The notes: generated from the sequence alone by a model not told the origin. DNA of 64,000 bases from Podarcis cretensis (GCA_951804945.1 OX638153.1:29884001-29948000); one strand, 5' to 3'. Counted from the first letter of the stretch, positions 51,901-62,519 are shown. A program made the numbers and translations.

Positions 51901-54900
51901 CAGCGGGAAGGTAAACGGCGTTTCCGTGTGCGGCTCTGGCTCGCCAGATGCAGCTTTGTCACGCTGGCCACGTGACCCGGAAGTGTCTCCGGACAGCGCT
52001 GGCCCCTGGCCTCTTGAGTGAGATGGGCGCACAACCCCAGAGTCTGTCAAGACTGGCCCGTACGGGCAGGGGTACCTTTACCTTTACCTTTAACAGACTG
52101 TGTACTATACTTCTGTACCTTTTGATGTGAAAATCCAATCTATAAAACTACAATTATTACTTGATTATTGAACCAAAGTGGTCCAGAAGAGAAGTAATAT
52201 CTTTGGCACATGCGTGTTAACAGAACTTCTTCTGTTTCTTTCTATGTTGTAAGATGCCCTTAACATCACGTGAGCTGTGTGCATCTTCATTCTAAGATAT
52301 GTATAATAGCAGTATAAAGCGCTAACGTAATATGAATATGCTATGTTTGTTTCCATAGATAGGGATGATGAGGAAATGAACAGACGAGATGACAGAAGAG
52401 AGGGAAACCGGCATTGCAAAGAGAGAGCTTCTAAAGATAAGGTATTTAGTGCTGTGAGTTTCTAACTGTGAATCGATGAAGACGCTAGAGAACTGGGAAG
52501 GAATAGCCTGTCTGCCAAAACTGTCTTCATCAGTCTTAAGTTCTGAAGTTCTTGAAGGGTTTGTTTACTGGAGATACTGTCAAAAATCAATTGAAGTGAA
52601 AACTCTCTCCATATTATGTAATATACTAGTAGCTCTGACCTGTAATCAGTGTGGGAACTAACTCCTGGAAAAAACTTCTGTCAGATCCTGCTGCTCCTAT
52701 CTCTTGTCCTCATAAATTGTATAACCATCTTTGAAAGTGCTTAGTGTTGAAGCGCTTTAGAAAATTGATATATATGCATATTCCTTTAAGGAAGCTGTAC
52801 TTCACATATTTTCTAATACTGAAATAACTAATGGATAATAAAAAAGGGGGGAAAGCCTTATTGTTACAAAATGTGTTTTTTAGGAAAGAGACAAAACACA
52901 GATGATAACTGTTAACCGCGATCTTCTGATGGCTTTCGTTTATTTTGATCAATGCCATTGTGGATACCTTCTAGAAAAGGATTTGGAAGAGATACTGTAC
53001 ACACTTGGACTGCATCTCTCACGAGCTCAGGTTTGTTGCTAAAGCTGTATGGGAATGAAGCGCTCAGTCTGCATCACTCTGGGGGCGTTTTCTGTGGTTA
53101 ACTGCAGTATAATAAAGAGAAATAAGACTTGTCCAGTCACTTTTTATACATATGTATTTTCTTTGCTAGAGAAAAGGGAGGAAACAAGGGGGTGTTCATG
53201 ACGGAAAAAATGATAAATGATTGAAGTCCACATGCATACAGAAGAATTTTATTGTCAATAATTTACGTAAAATTACTCTCTTGCTGTAAAATATTTCAAG
53301 CTTTGAGATTTTATTTTTTTTATTTTATTTTTTTGCCTTTTTAAGGTATTGTAGAAATGTATTGCTTATATTTTGCATGAGAATCATGCCTTTGTTGAGC
53401 AAACCATTAATGTGAATTTGGTCTCCTGCTATCTTAGGTTAAGAAGCTGCTTAATAAGGTGGTGCTTCGTGAATCTTGCTTTTATAGAAAACTGACAGAT
53501 ACTTCTAAAGATGAAGAAAATCAAGAAGAAATTGAAACTCCACAGGAAGAAATGCTAGGTGACACAATTTTGTTAGCTATGAAGACATGTCTACCATTAT
53601 GTATGGTGAAATATCTTCTACCTGCGTCACTTTAATAGCATGTACTCTTTCTTCAATGTGGTAGGTAGTAAAGGCTGCAGCAGTGAAATTCAGAGAGGGG
53701 ACCATTTTGAATGAGCTGAAGTCCCTGTGTGCTATTTGGATCCTATCCTGTTTTTTCCATATTTTGCCAACATGACGATCTCAACACTATGGACGATCTG
53801 AAAGTTTTCTGAGTGGGAATTTTGCTCCTTATGTTGGGACTGAGGATGTGGGGGAGGGAAACATTTGTTTCACTCTTGGACTATGCGAGTACACTGGAAT
53901 TCTTGAGAAAACGTGGGACTTTGCTAATTTTCTACTGTAGGAGTCTTGAAACTCACCAGTCATGTCTGGTGGTGACGTTGATTTTAATGATATTTCTTAA
54001 CCCCCTATAGGAAACAGGCTGCTGCTACCATCACCTGCTATAAAACAAGAACCAAGAAGCTCAGAAGAAAACGTTGGCCTCATTGTTTACAATGGAGCTA
54101 TGGTGGATGTAGGGAGTCTCTTGCAGAAACTGGAGAAGAGTGAAAAAGCCCGAGCTGAGATGGAACAAAAGCTTCAGTCACTAGAAGAAAAGACAGGTAA
54201 GAGAGTGAGATTTGAATTATTGCTTCACACATTCAGAAAGGTTTATTATTAAAACAGAAAAATACTTTAAAGCCGAACAATTACAATTCCTATGAATTGG
54301 GTGGAGTGTATGAATACTCAGGTCTTCTGGCCTGAATAAAGAGGACACATCTTACCAAATCACATTACTAGCTCTGCTGGGTGATACAGCTGTATAATTA
54401 GTTACATGGCATCTTTAACGCTATTTGTTCTGTAATGCTTGAAGGAATATAGAAAAACCGAGAGTGTTTTAAAATCTTTTTTGGGGGTTTTCAGATGAAG
54501 ATGAAAAGACTATATTGAATTTGGAGAATCTGAATAAAGGTCTGTCTGCAGAACTTAAAGAAGTCAAAAAAGATGCTGGCCAGCTACAAGAGAATTTGAA
54601 GGCATCAGAAGATACAAATTTGCAGTTTGAGGGGCAGCTGAATAAGACAATCAAAAGTTTGGCTACAGTTATGGATGAAATACACAGTGTTCTTAAAAAG
54701 GTAAAGGTTTTTCTAATTCTGGTTGGGATTCAACTAATCTGTTGCATGGGCAAAGCGAGGCCTGCTTCTGCAACCAGACAAACTGCACTTTATTAAACTT
54801 TGCCTAACCATAGAGGTGCTGTGGCCTGGAGGGTGTCATGAAGGCCACACAGAGGCCTGTATTTGGATCCTGGGCATGAGGTTCCCCATCCCTGTGAAAG

Positions 54901-56338
54901 AGGTGCATAAGATTAGGCATTGCATGGAGAAACTGGGTCAGGAGAAGTTTTTTCTCCCCCTGTCATAATATTAGAACTCCTGGGTTCTAACGAAGCCAAA
55001 CGTTGGAACATTCAGGACAAACGCAAACACTTCACACAGTGCATGGAACTCTCTTCCCCTAAGAGGTAGCGATGGCCACCAACTCAGATGACTTTAAACA
55101 AGGATTAGAAAAATGCATGGAAAATAGAGCTGTTGATGGCTTATGTTCCCCTCCACTCTTAAGAGGCAGCTTGCCTCCGAATTCCAGCTGCTGGGAATCA
55201 GAAGCAGAGAGAGTGCTGTTGTACTCAGATCTTGATTTTAGATTTTCCTTAGGCATCTGGTTGGTCACTGTGCAAATAAGATGCAGAACTGTGGCCTGAT
55301 CCAGCAGGGCTCTTCATATGTTTATATGATGAATACCCACTTCCATCAAAAAACAAGCCTTAAAGAGGCACTGACTGTTTACTTGGAGACCCCACTGTGG
55401 TTCTTTAGTCAAGCCACATTGCAAGAGGAACAATATAATCAATATCCTTTAGAGCCAATATCCTTTAGAGTCATGTGGAAGATAACACCCAAAAGAACTT
55501 CAAGAAATTGAAATATTGCTTCAGTTATATTACTTTCTTGCCAGCCCTGGCATTGAAAGTGTGTATGTGGGAGGGAGAGGGGAAGTGAGGAAGAGGGAAA
55601 GAAGAGGGAGAAAAGAGTAGTAGGTTTGGTTTTTGTCTCCTAGCATATTAAAGGTAAAGGTAAAGGTACCCCTGCCCGTACGGGCCAGTCTTGACAGACT
55701 CTGGGGTTGTGCGCCCATCTCACTTAAGAGGCCAGGGGCCAGCGCTGTCCGGAGACACTTCCGGGTCACGTGGCCAGCGTGACATCGCTGCTCTGGCGAG
55801 CCAGAGCCGCACACGGAAACACAGTTTACGGTCCCTATTTATCTACTTGCACCCGGAGGTGCTTTCGAACTGCTAGGTTGGCAGGCGCTGGGACCAAGCA
55901 GCGGGAGCGCACCCCGCCGCAGGGATTCGAACCGCCGACCTTTCGATCGGCAAGTCCTAGGCGCTGAGGCTTTAACCCACAAATATCTGTGATTTCACAT
56001 TATGTAAAAGAGTAGTATTTGAAATTGTATTAGTATTTGCAACTATTGAAATCTGGTTTTCCTAGGTATTCAGGTATTCATTTTAAGTGTATAGTGTCAT
56101 AGTTTGGCACTTCAAGCACAAGACACAAGGATCCATTCTTATTAATCACTAAGTGGCTGATGACAGGTGATTAAAAAATAGTACCTGCTGTTAGCATGGG
56201 AATAATGCTGTATATGAATTTATACATTACTTAGGGCTTCAGTTGATATAACCCTTCATTAGTGTATTTCCTCCTTTTCTACAGGATATTGTGAAGATTG
56301 AAGATCAGAAATCCAAAGAAAATGGAGCAAATGTATGA
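30924..56338 (+). CDS. CCAR1: CCAR1 (cell division cycle and apoptosis regulator 1), ~1150 aa: Q-rich N-terminus, S1-like, RS/ER-rich, DBC1/Nudix-like, SAP, EF-hand-like, coiled coil
   Basis: Start MAQFGGQKNPPWATQFTATAVSQP, end ...KENGANV*. 23 visible coding exons (3230 nt) are phase-consistent except across the N-gap, where one 3n+1 exon (exon 14) is missing. Confidence 0.96.
32903..33075 (+). CDS. CCAR1: CCAR1 exon 3
   Basis: ALGVQQPSLLGASPTIYTQQ...AAAAAALQQ; AG/GT. Confidence 0.93.
34637..34681 (+). CDS. CCAR1: CCAR1 exon 4 (45 nt)
   Basis: QYSQPQQTLYSVQQQ; tttcag/gtttgt. Confidence 0.9.
34998..35157. other. Assembly gap (160 N) in CCAR1 intron 4
   Basis: N run. Confidence 0.99.
36153..36334 (-). 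mobile_element. Sauria SINE, 5'-truncated
   Basis: aaaggtaaaggtaccc...gactctggggttg...cagcatgactaagccgcttctggcgaaccagag. Confidence 0.85.
36655..36687 (+). CDS. CCAR1: CCAR1 exon 5 (33 nt)
   Basis: LQQPQQTLLTQ; tttaag/gttagt. Confidence 0.88.
38029..38222 (+). CDS. CCAR1: CCAR1 exon 6 (start of S1-like domain)
   Basis: PAVALPTSLSLS...KQRVFTGVVTKLHDTFGFVDEDVFFQL. Confidence 0.94.
38354..38468 (+). CDS. CCAR1: CCAR1 exon 7
   Basis: AVKGKSPQVGDRVLVEATYNPNMPFKWNAQRIQTLPNQ. Confidence 0.94.
38555..38747 (+). CDS. CCAR1: CCAR1 exon 8
   Basis: NQTQTQPLLKTPPPVLQP...QQPQQK; ends phase 1. Confidence 0.92.
40659..41813 (+). mobile_element. Non-autonomous L1-like retroelement, 1155 bp
   Basis: Exact 14-bp TSD GATTGTTGGATTGC (40645-40658, 41814-41827). 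G-rich 5' end with AAGATGGCCG; AATAAA at 41791 and a short A tail; no intact ORF. Confidence 0.75.
41985..42114 (+). CDS. CCAR1: CCAR1 exon 9
   Basis: GLLQPPVRIVSQPQPARRLDPPPRFSGRNDRGDPMANRKDDR. Confidence 0.93.
42348..42509 (+). CDS. CCAR1: CCAR1 exon 10 (RE/RS-rich)
   Basis: RERERERRRSRERSPQRKRSRERSPRRERERSPRRPRRVVPRYTVQFSKFSLD. Confidence 0.93.
43676..43901 (+). CDS. CCAR1: CCAR1 exon 11
   Basis: LSCDMMELRRRYQNLYIPSDFFDAQFTWVDAFP...ADHLYSAK. Confidence 0.94.
44441..44554 (+). CDS. CCAR1: CCAR1 exon 12
   Basis: VMLMASPSMEDLYHKSCALAEDPQELRDGFQHPARLIK. Confidence 0.94.
45309..45371 (+). ncRNA. SNORD98: C/D box snoRNA SNORD98 in CCAR1 intron 12
   Basis: C box ATGATG 45314-45319 and D box CTGA 45364-45367, with terminal stem GAATGAGT/ACTCATTC. 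Guide CCTATTCCATTA upstream of the D' box CTGA is complementary to 18S rRNA UAAUGGAAUAGG (human Gm867 site). SNORD98 is known to be hosted by CCAR1. Confidence 0.93.
45587..45722. mobile_element. hAT MITE (136 bp, palindromic)
   Basis: TIR CAGGCTTCCTTAAC/GTTGAGAAAGCCTG; exact 8-bp TSD CTGTAGGG. Confidence 0.88.
45857..46023 (+). CDS. CCAR1: CCAR1 exon 13
   Basis: FLVGMKGKDEAMAIGGHWSPSLDGPEPEKDPSVLIKTAIRCCRALTGIDLSVCTQ; ends phase 2. Confidence 0.94.
46709..47008. other. Assembly gap (300 N), probably hiding CCAR1 exon 14
   Basis: N run; exon 13 (phase 2) cannot join exon 15 (phase 0), and the expected peptide is not found in the flanks. Confidence 0.85.
47800..47883 (+). CDS. CCAR1: CCAR1 exon 15
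   Basis: DEEEKDDGEAKEISTPTHWSKLDPKAMK. Confidence 0.93.
48214..48399 (+). CDS. CCAR1: CCAR1 exon 16 (SAP domain)
   Basis: VNDLRKELESRTLSSKGLKSQLIARLTKQ... Confidence 0.94.
48420..48679. mobile_element. Tc1/pogo-like MITE 20 nt downstream of CCAR1 exon 16
   Basis: TA-CAGTCATACCTCGGG...CCCGAGGTACCACTG-TA; CpG-rich interior. Confidence 0.85.
49444..49635 (+). CDS. CCAR1: CCAR1 exon 17
   Basis: EEERKRLEEVERQRRERRYILPDEPAIIVHPNWAAKSGKFDC...EHSFE. Confidence 0.94.
50310..50400 (-). mobile_element. Penelope-like element pLTR remnant
   Basis: Similar to 7615-7715; degenerate hammerhead core on the minus strand. Confidence 0.5.
50584..50817 (+). CDS. CCAR1: CCAR1 exon 18
   Basis: VSLFAELFNEMLQRDFGVRIY...ERDDRK. 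Confidence 0.93.
51493..51604 (+). CDS. CCAR1: CCAR1 exon 19 (acidic)
   Basis: REDKRKDDAKDEDEMEDDNNQEEYDPMEAEDAEDEDD. Confidence 0.9.
51727..52090 (+). mobile_element. Full-length young Sauria SINE
   Basis: GGGACGC head, pol III B box GGTTCGAATCC, (ACCTTT)n tail; exact 14-bp TSD TAACAGACTGTGTA at 51713-51726 and 52091-52104. Confidence 0.95.
52359..52441 (+). CDS. CCAR1: CCAR1 exon 20
   Basis: RDDEEMNRRDDRREGNRHCKERASKDK. Confidence 0.9.
52884..53030 (+). CDS. CCAR1: CCAR1 exon 21 (EF-hand-like)
   Basis: ERDKTQMITVNRDLLMAFVYFDQCHCGYLLEKDLEEILYTLGLHLSRAQ. Confidence 0.94.
53438..53558 (+). CDS. CCAR1: CCAR1 exon 22
   Basis: VKKLLNKVVLRESCFYRKLTDTSKDEENQEEIETPQEEML. Confidence 0.93.
54011..54196 (+). 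CDS. CCAR1: CCAR1 exon 23
   Basis: NRLLLPSP...GLIVYNGAMVDVGSLLQKLEKSEKARAEMEQKLQSLEEKT. Confidence 0.93.
54495..54700 (+). CDS. CCAR1: CCAR1 exon 24 (coiled coil)
   Basis: EDEKTILNLENLNKGLSAELKEVKKD...EIHSVLKK. Confidence 0.92.
54900..55325 (+). mobile_element. CR1 LINE 3' fragment
   Basis: gatggccaccaactcagatgactttaaacaaggattagaaaaatgcatgg...gatccagcagggctctt. Confidence 0.7.
55649..55981 (-). mobile_element. Sauria SINE, same subfamily as 51727-52090
   Basis: Near reverse complement of the 51.7 kb copy, including diagnostic segments (gactggcccgtacgggcaggggtacc). Confidence 0.93.
56285..56338 (+). CDS. CCAR1: CCAR1 last exon coding part
   Basis: DIVKIEDQKSKENGANV* after a strong polypyrimidine-cag acceptor. 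Confidence 0.9.
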   Translation, partial: DIVKIEDQKSKENGANV

Positions 56339-56606
56339 CAAACTTGCTGCTGCTGTGGGGAATATGGTGTCACATAATGTAATATAAATCATGAAACTGG
56401 AGTGTATGAAAGTGGTGCATGTTTGATTTGAGTAGTATAAATACCTTAGTCCAAGCAAAGGATGTAAAAAGTTTTATACATGTGCGAGCCTGCTTCAAAG
56501 CATTGCTTGTAATTCATAGCTCTCAATTTATTAGACACTCCTTGAGTGAAAATAATTTTGCATTGCAAATATGTTTTAGGGCAAACTTCGTTATAGTTTG
56601 AATGCT

Positions 56607-56612
56607 AATAAA
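56607..56612 (+). terminator. CCAR1 polyadenylation signal
   Basis: AATAAA ~270 nt after the stop, with U-rich sequence downstream. Confidence 0.7.
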
Positions 56613-57329
56613 GTTCATCAATTTAATGGAAAGTAGCAAGTATTTAATTACCAAATGTTTTTCTTTTAAAGTCTAGTGGAGACTCCCCCCCCCCCATTAT
56701 TTATAGAAATGCCATTCTTAGGTTTTTATTTCAGTCTAATTAGCCTTTTTAAATTCAGGTATAAATCATAGCATGCTGCTTAATTTTGCAAGTAAAGGTT
56801 TTTAAAGAAAATTTTGAATTTCTTGTCACAGTTTCTTCCCTTTAAATCAAACCTTCTCACTTGGAAGTTGTTCTTATTACTGTTTTGGTGTCCAGTGATT
56901 AAGAAAAATAATAAGGAACTTAGCAGAATGGTAAATTGGGATTTATATGAAAATACAGATTGGTTTTGTTATACATTTTTTATTATTACTGTGTTAATAT
57001 ACCAGACACTTTAAGTATGAAAATGTACAATTGCATAACTGGCCAGTAGATGTCACTATAATGCTTTATGGGGGTGGGCGTGGGGATTGCTACTACTTTT
57101 TTATGGGCTCTCATTAAACTGGTTGTTTATTTTCCAGTGTTAATTCATTAAGATTTCAAAAAGTCCAAGTGAGTAAAGTATTATGTGCATTTCACACAAC
57201 TTCTTAAAAGATCTAAATTTAAGAAGTGACACAGCACTTTTGTTGTGAAAACAGAAGGTGGTATTTAAGAGACAGTGTGTAGGCACATGAGCTTTACTCA
57301 AGTTAAGCAGGAACATGACCTTGGGGTTT

Positions 57330-57580
57330 TAATTGGCTACTCAGTGAAGATGTTGACCCAAGTGTGTGGCAGCTGTGGAGAAAAAGGCAAATTCTGCACT
57401 AGGGAACCTTGGGGAAAGCACTGAAAATAAAGCTGCACCTGAAATAATAGGTATAGTTCTGGTTGCTGCACCTCAAAAAGGATACCATAGAGCAGGAAAA
57501 GGTTCAGGAAATGGCAACCAAAATGTTAAAGTAGGTGGAGCAACTCCCCGATGAGGAAAAGGTTACAGCAGTTGGGCTTT
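57330..57580 (+). mobile_element. Degenerate CR1 ORF2 fragment
   Basis: Translates like CR1 'AAVEKKANSALG'. Confidence 0.55.
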
Positions 57581-60363
57581 CTACCAGAGCAGTAGCAAGG
57601 TCTACACACTGATCGTTACTCTGTGTACTGTCACTGCTTTCCTAAGCTCTGATCAAACCAAGTTAAGTGTGCAGAATTTAATGGTAATTTAATGCCTTGG
57701 ATTTTGATTTGTAGAATATGGGAGTTTTACTTTATGTGCCCGGTATTTTGAAAGCTGAGAGCACCATGCAGTTAAAACATACACAGAATGGGAAAAACTG
57801 GGGCACCGCAATGCTCAAAGCTTTTGTTGGTCGTTTGTTTAAATACAAGTCTTGTTGCTTAGTTGCTACCTATTTAGTTTCATGGTTCACGGAGACCTGT
57901 TGCAACCTATGAAAAGGAAAACATAAAAAGCAGTCTGATTAGAGCACTCCCCTTTATTATTCATCCCTTTACTGTACAGAATTAACTCTATTCGTTGGCC
58001 TAATTTCTTACCCATAACTCTATCTCAGTACTGTAGTAACGTTGGCAGCTTTTGTGATTGACCTAAATAAAAGGTCTGGTACATCTGCAGCAAACAATAT
58101 GTGATTGGGGGTGGGGGTGGGGGTGGAAGTAAGGAGTCTATAGTCCGCAACATTGCATAATTATTTTGCTGCCTCTGGTCCTCCTTGTTTTTCCTCGGGA
58201 TTAACATTTTTTACATGCAGTTTTAATGTCTGGCTTCTGTAAGCCTGAGCCTATGAAATGTAAATGTCTTTTAGTGAGATTTGGGTTGTTTCTTCCTTCC
58301 TTTCACTCACGTGTTTGCATATTTGCCTTCCTGTTTCCTGTGACATTTAAAAATGGGAAAGCCCCCTTTGTAGCTTGACATTTTGAATTTTAAAGGATTA
58401 TCCGGAGGACAGGGGAGAGAGACTTATGTCAAAGCCTTGAATGCTGCTTCGCATGGACATATGTGATGATTTGTAAGTGTGAAATAACCACTGCAGATCA
58501 AACGCCACAAAGTTAGCGCATTTCCTAAAAAAAGCCCCCAATACACTGCAGTGAAGACTATTCACATCTTGGAGGTGTTGTGTGCTCTGTTCTTAATGTT
58601 GTATTTAATTTGCTTTGATTGTATGCTTTCGTTTCAGATTTACTTTGGGTGACATCGAATGGTATTGGGTGACATCGAATGGTATTTCAGCTTGCACAGT
58701 AGAACTTTCCCTTCTTCCCCCTTGTAGTCCACCAAGGTGGGGAGAGCCTTTGAAGCAAATTTGGGGGTTGTGTGAGAGGCTTGGGGGAGGGAAGTATTGT
58801 CATGTTCATTTGCACAACACTGGATATCATGCATTGCTTTTTACTGTACATTGCCCAGAGATCTTTGTTTTATAGGGTGGCATATAAATGCTGAAAACAA
58901 TGCGTTTGATGCTTATGCTATAGCAGTGCTCCAAATTAGTTGGCTCTGTTATGGAATTCATATCAGAATTGTAAATCCAGGGCTATAGCAAGGTGCATAT
59001 CTGTCTTGTAGCGTGTACCTTCTTTTCCAAGATGCTGCAGCTACCTGCTTCCCTCCTTCCTCCTTTCTGTAACAGCTGCTGCAGTTAGTGTCTTTTTCAG
59101 TATTATAGGTTTATTATGCTAAATTTGTTTTCTAAACTGATGGAAAACCCAGTTCTTAAGTTGTGATTCTATTGCACATGCAAGGAGGTACATCATATCT
59201 TCATATAGTTACCTGTTTTGATAGAGGAAGTTTGTTTTAGGCTTGCTAGCCCACCCACTCTTAGCAATCTCTGTTGAGGATAGGACTGTTAAATTATCAA
59301 ATCAATTCAGATTATTATTAAATTCACAGACCAATAATAGTTGGTGCAAATAGCCTCAGTGGCCAGAAGTGCCTTTTACCAGCTGTACCTGGTGTGATAG
59401 CTATGATCATTCCTGGACCCAGAGAACTTGACCACAGTAGTTCAGGCGACTTCAATATTGTATTACTGTGGAGTTTCTCTTGTGCTTGGCCTGGAAACCG
59501 TAGTTAGTGCAAAATGCTGCAGCACAGTTTCTGACAGGAACGGCACCTCTGCTCGCAGATCTGCACTGGTTGCAGATTTGTTACCAGGCCAAGTCCAAGG
59601 TATAAAAAGACCTTAACTGCTGCTGTTACTGGTGCCACAAAATACTTGCTCAGCAACTGAAAAATATTCAGTCTTTTAGTGTGGCAGCACCTACACTTTG
59701 GAATGCTCAACATCAGGTAGAAACCTTCGCTCTACTCTTTGTTTATGCAGGACTATCCAGACATGTATATGCTGACATACTTTTAATTTTTTTGGGTTAA
59801 TCTTAATTATTTTAAAATGCTTCATTGTTTCAGCTGTTTATTGATACTTTGGGTATTTCTTATAAAGAGTTTAGAAGTTTTCCTACAACAAAGTGTATAT
59901 AAATTTTATTTTAAAAAATACACAATGAAAATAATGATCGTCACAGAGGAGCCAAAGAGTTCCTTACCATCTGTTTCCTAATCTGTGTTCAAAGTTTAAA
60001 ATTGAACTTTTCGTTGGCATAGGAGGGTGATCCCTTAAACAGAAAGATGGCTTTGTAGGTATTCCAGGCTGTGTTCTTAATAAAAGGAAAAGTCAGCTTC
60101 TAAGGCCTCCTTTATACAAATTACAATATAAAAGGACATAACCCATGGATTCTACCTTTCTAGTTCCACATTGACATTCATTAGGTGCAATTGTATTAAA
60201 TCAGCTGGATAGAAAAACAGAGGGTAGACCAGTAAGACAAATAAGCGTAAAGGAAAGAAAGGCACCTACTGATGTCCCAACTTTGAAACTGAATCCAGAT
60301 TACAAGAAAAAGAAAAGTCTTAAAAGGATCACTACTTACTCAATCACTACCAATAGTATAGAG

Positions 60364-60850
60364 CAGGGGTCGGCAACCCGCGGCTCCAGAGCCACATGTG
60401 GCTCTTTTACACCTTTGCCGCGGCTTCGGGGCAGATACTAGCGAGGGGAAGAGGCGCATTGTGCACCCCGACACTCCCCACTGTGGCGGGCGCTGTACTG
60501 GCTGTGACGTCGCATGGGTGCGTGCGTTAGTCACGCACTGTCCCAACGTCACCTTCCCGCCCGCCCGCTACATTGTAAGGGGCATGTACGCTGGTCACTG
60601 CATTGAAAGGGGGCATGTACGCTGGTCACTGTTTTGAAGGGGAGTGAAGAACACACACACAAAAAAGGTAACTTGTTAATTTAACGTTTATTTCTATGAG
60701 GAGGAGTAATTCTGAGGGGGTCAAACAAAGAAATAATAAAAAAGTGACAAAAAAGTTATTTTTATAATGACGAGTTTTGCGGCTCCCAGTTTTTTTTCTT
60801 CGGAAATGGGTCCAAGTGGCTCTTTTTGTCTTAAAGGTTGCAGACCCCTG
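60364..60850. mobile_element. Young hAT (Charlie-like) non-autonomous DNA transposon, 487 bp
   Basis: TIR CAGGGGTCGGCAACC/GGTTGCAGACCCCTG; exact 8-bp TSD GTATAGAG; CpG-rich. Confidence 0.9.
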
Positions 60851-60947
60851 GTATAGAGAGAGAGAAGTCTGGATTTCAGGGAGGAATTGTTTGCTGCATA
60901 TTCTTGTTCTGAGTGCTTTGCTATCATACATAAAGAGCAATGTGAGA

Positions 60948-61130
60948 GACAGTGCTGTTCGACAGTGGAATTTGCTGCCAAGGAGTGTGGTGGAGTCTCC
61001 TTCTTTGGAGGTCTTTAAGCAGAGGCTTGACAACCATATGTCAGGAGTGCTCTGATGGTGTTTCCTGCTTGGCAGGGGGTTGAACTCGATGGCCCTTGTG
61101 GTCTCTTCCAACTCTGATTCTATGATTCTA
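60948..61130 (+). mobile_element. CR1 LINE 3' end
   Basis: AVRQWNLLPRSVVESPSLEVFKQRLDNHMSGVL*, then 3'UTR and an ATTCTATG-type tail. Confidence 0.9.
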
Positions 61131-61547
61131 CTTTAAATTAGAATTAGTTCCCTCTTCGCCTTTCTTTTTTTATTAACTTGACTCCTTTGAGGGGCAAAGC
61201 CAAACACAGAAAAACTACTTTCTAAGAACCTGGTTAGAATAAGTATTAATTTGCAGAATTTTGCCACTTTTCTTTGATAATGAGTGTTTTGAAGTGTTGG
61301 GTCCTTCCTGTGAAGTCCTTTTGGTTTAGCAATATTGGCAGTTAACATTTCAAAATTATCTTATTTTGCTTTTGGATAAGGAAAACTGGCTGGTTTATCA
61401 TACTTTACACATTAGTTTTTCGATTAACTATTTTATTTGATCCAAGCATCATAAAATTATATAAAAAACTCTTGAGTATATTCAGATTGTGTTCCATATG
61501 GCTGGGGTGAAACTTCTGGATTAAAATTAAAGGAAAGAAGTAGAGAA

Positions 61548-61660
61548 CCACCGGAGCATGATTTCTGTTCTCATCCTGAAGCAAAGTTCTTAACCCGAGG
61601 TACTATTTCTGGGTTAGCCGAGTCTGTAACCTGAAGCGTATGTAACCCGAGGTACCACTG
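61548..61660. mobile_element. One end of a Tc1/pogo-like MITE
   Basis: ...aacccgaggtaccactg-TA TIR. Confidence 0.65.
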
Positions 61661-61721
61661 TATTTGGATCCACATGTATATCCAATTTACCTTCAGATTC
61701 TTTAAAGTGCGAGAAGGCATT

Positions 61722-61848
61722 CAGGGTACAGAATTGATGGTCCTCCAGATGTTGCTGGACTGTAACTTCCATTATCTCTGACCACTGGCCAAGGGCTGAT
61801 GAAAGTTGGAGGACAAAAACATACGCAAGACCACAGATTCCTGACCTG
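61722..61848. mobile_element. Degenerate hAT MITE related to 45587-45722
   Basis: ctccagatgttgctggactgtaacttccattatctctgaccactgg core. Confidence 0.55.
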
Positions 61849-62006
61849 TGAAGGAACAGCCCCCCTTACAAGTTAAAGGGTGGCTGGAAGAGGGAAAGTT
61901 GGACTATGAACTCAACTGCTCCTTCATGAGACTCTGGGTGGCATCACTAATATGCGTACATGCTTCTGCACTGCTCTGTCGTAAGTGTTCCCCACAATCC
62001 TAGAGC

Positions 62007-62039
62007 TGTGTGTGTGTGTGTGTGTGTGCGCGCGCGCGC
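62007..62039. repeat. (TG)11(CG)5 microsatellite
   Basis: Direct reading. Confidence 0.95.
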
Positions 62040-62167
62040 CCTTGATCTCTGCCAGGTGGAGGCATCTTTGGGTAGTCAAGGCTTTTCCCCCTGTGCCCCT
62101 TTCATCCCTCAGGTATTTGTATGCATATTCACCACTTCACATTTTGGCACCTAGTACGGTGTTTCCC

Positions 62168-62517
62168 AGGTGGCACTGTGGGTTAAACCACAGAGCCTAG
62201 GACTTGCCGATCAGAAGGTTGGCGGTTCGAATCCCCGTGACAGGGTGAGCTCCTGTTGTTCGGTCCCAGCTCCTGCCGACCTAGCAGTTCTAAAGCACGT
62301 CAAAGTGCAAGTAGATAAATAGGTACCACTCCGGCGGGAAGGTAAACAGCGTTTCCGTGCGCTGCTCTGGTTCGCCAGAAGCAGCTTAGTCATGCTGGCC
62401 ACATGACGCAGAAGCTGTACGCCGGCTCCCTCAGCCAATAAAGTGAGATGAGCGCCGCAACCCCAGAGTCGGCCACGACTGGATCCAATGGTCAGGGGTC
62501 CCTTTACTTTTACCTTT
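62168..62517 (+). mobile_element. Sauria SINE nested in the left TIR of a hAT MITE
   Basis: Sauria SINE body and tail; duplicated target TAC(G/A)GTGTTTCCCA at 62155 and 62518. Confidence 0.9.
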
Positions 62518-62519
62518 TA

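Noticed and set aside
51757-55967. Near-identical ORFs (MTDSGVVRPSH..., ...QGFEPPTFRSASPRR)
   Set aside because: Chance reading frames in Sauria SINE copies.
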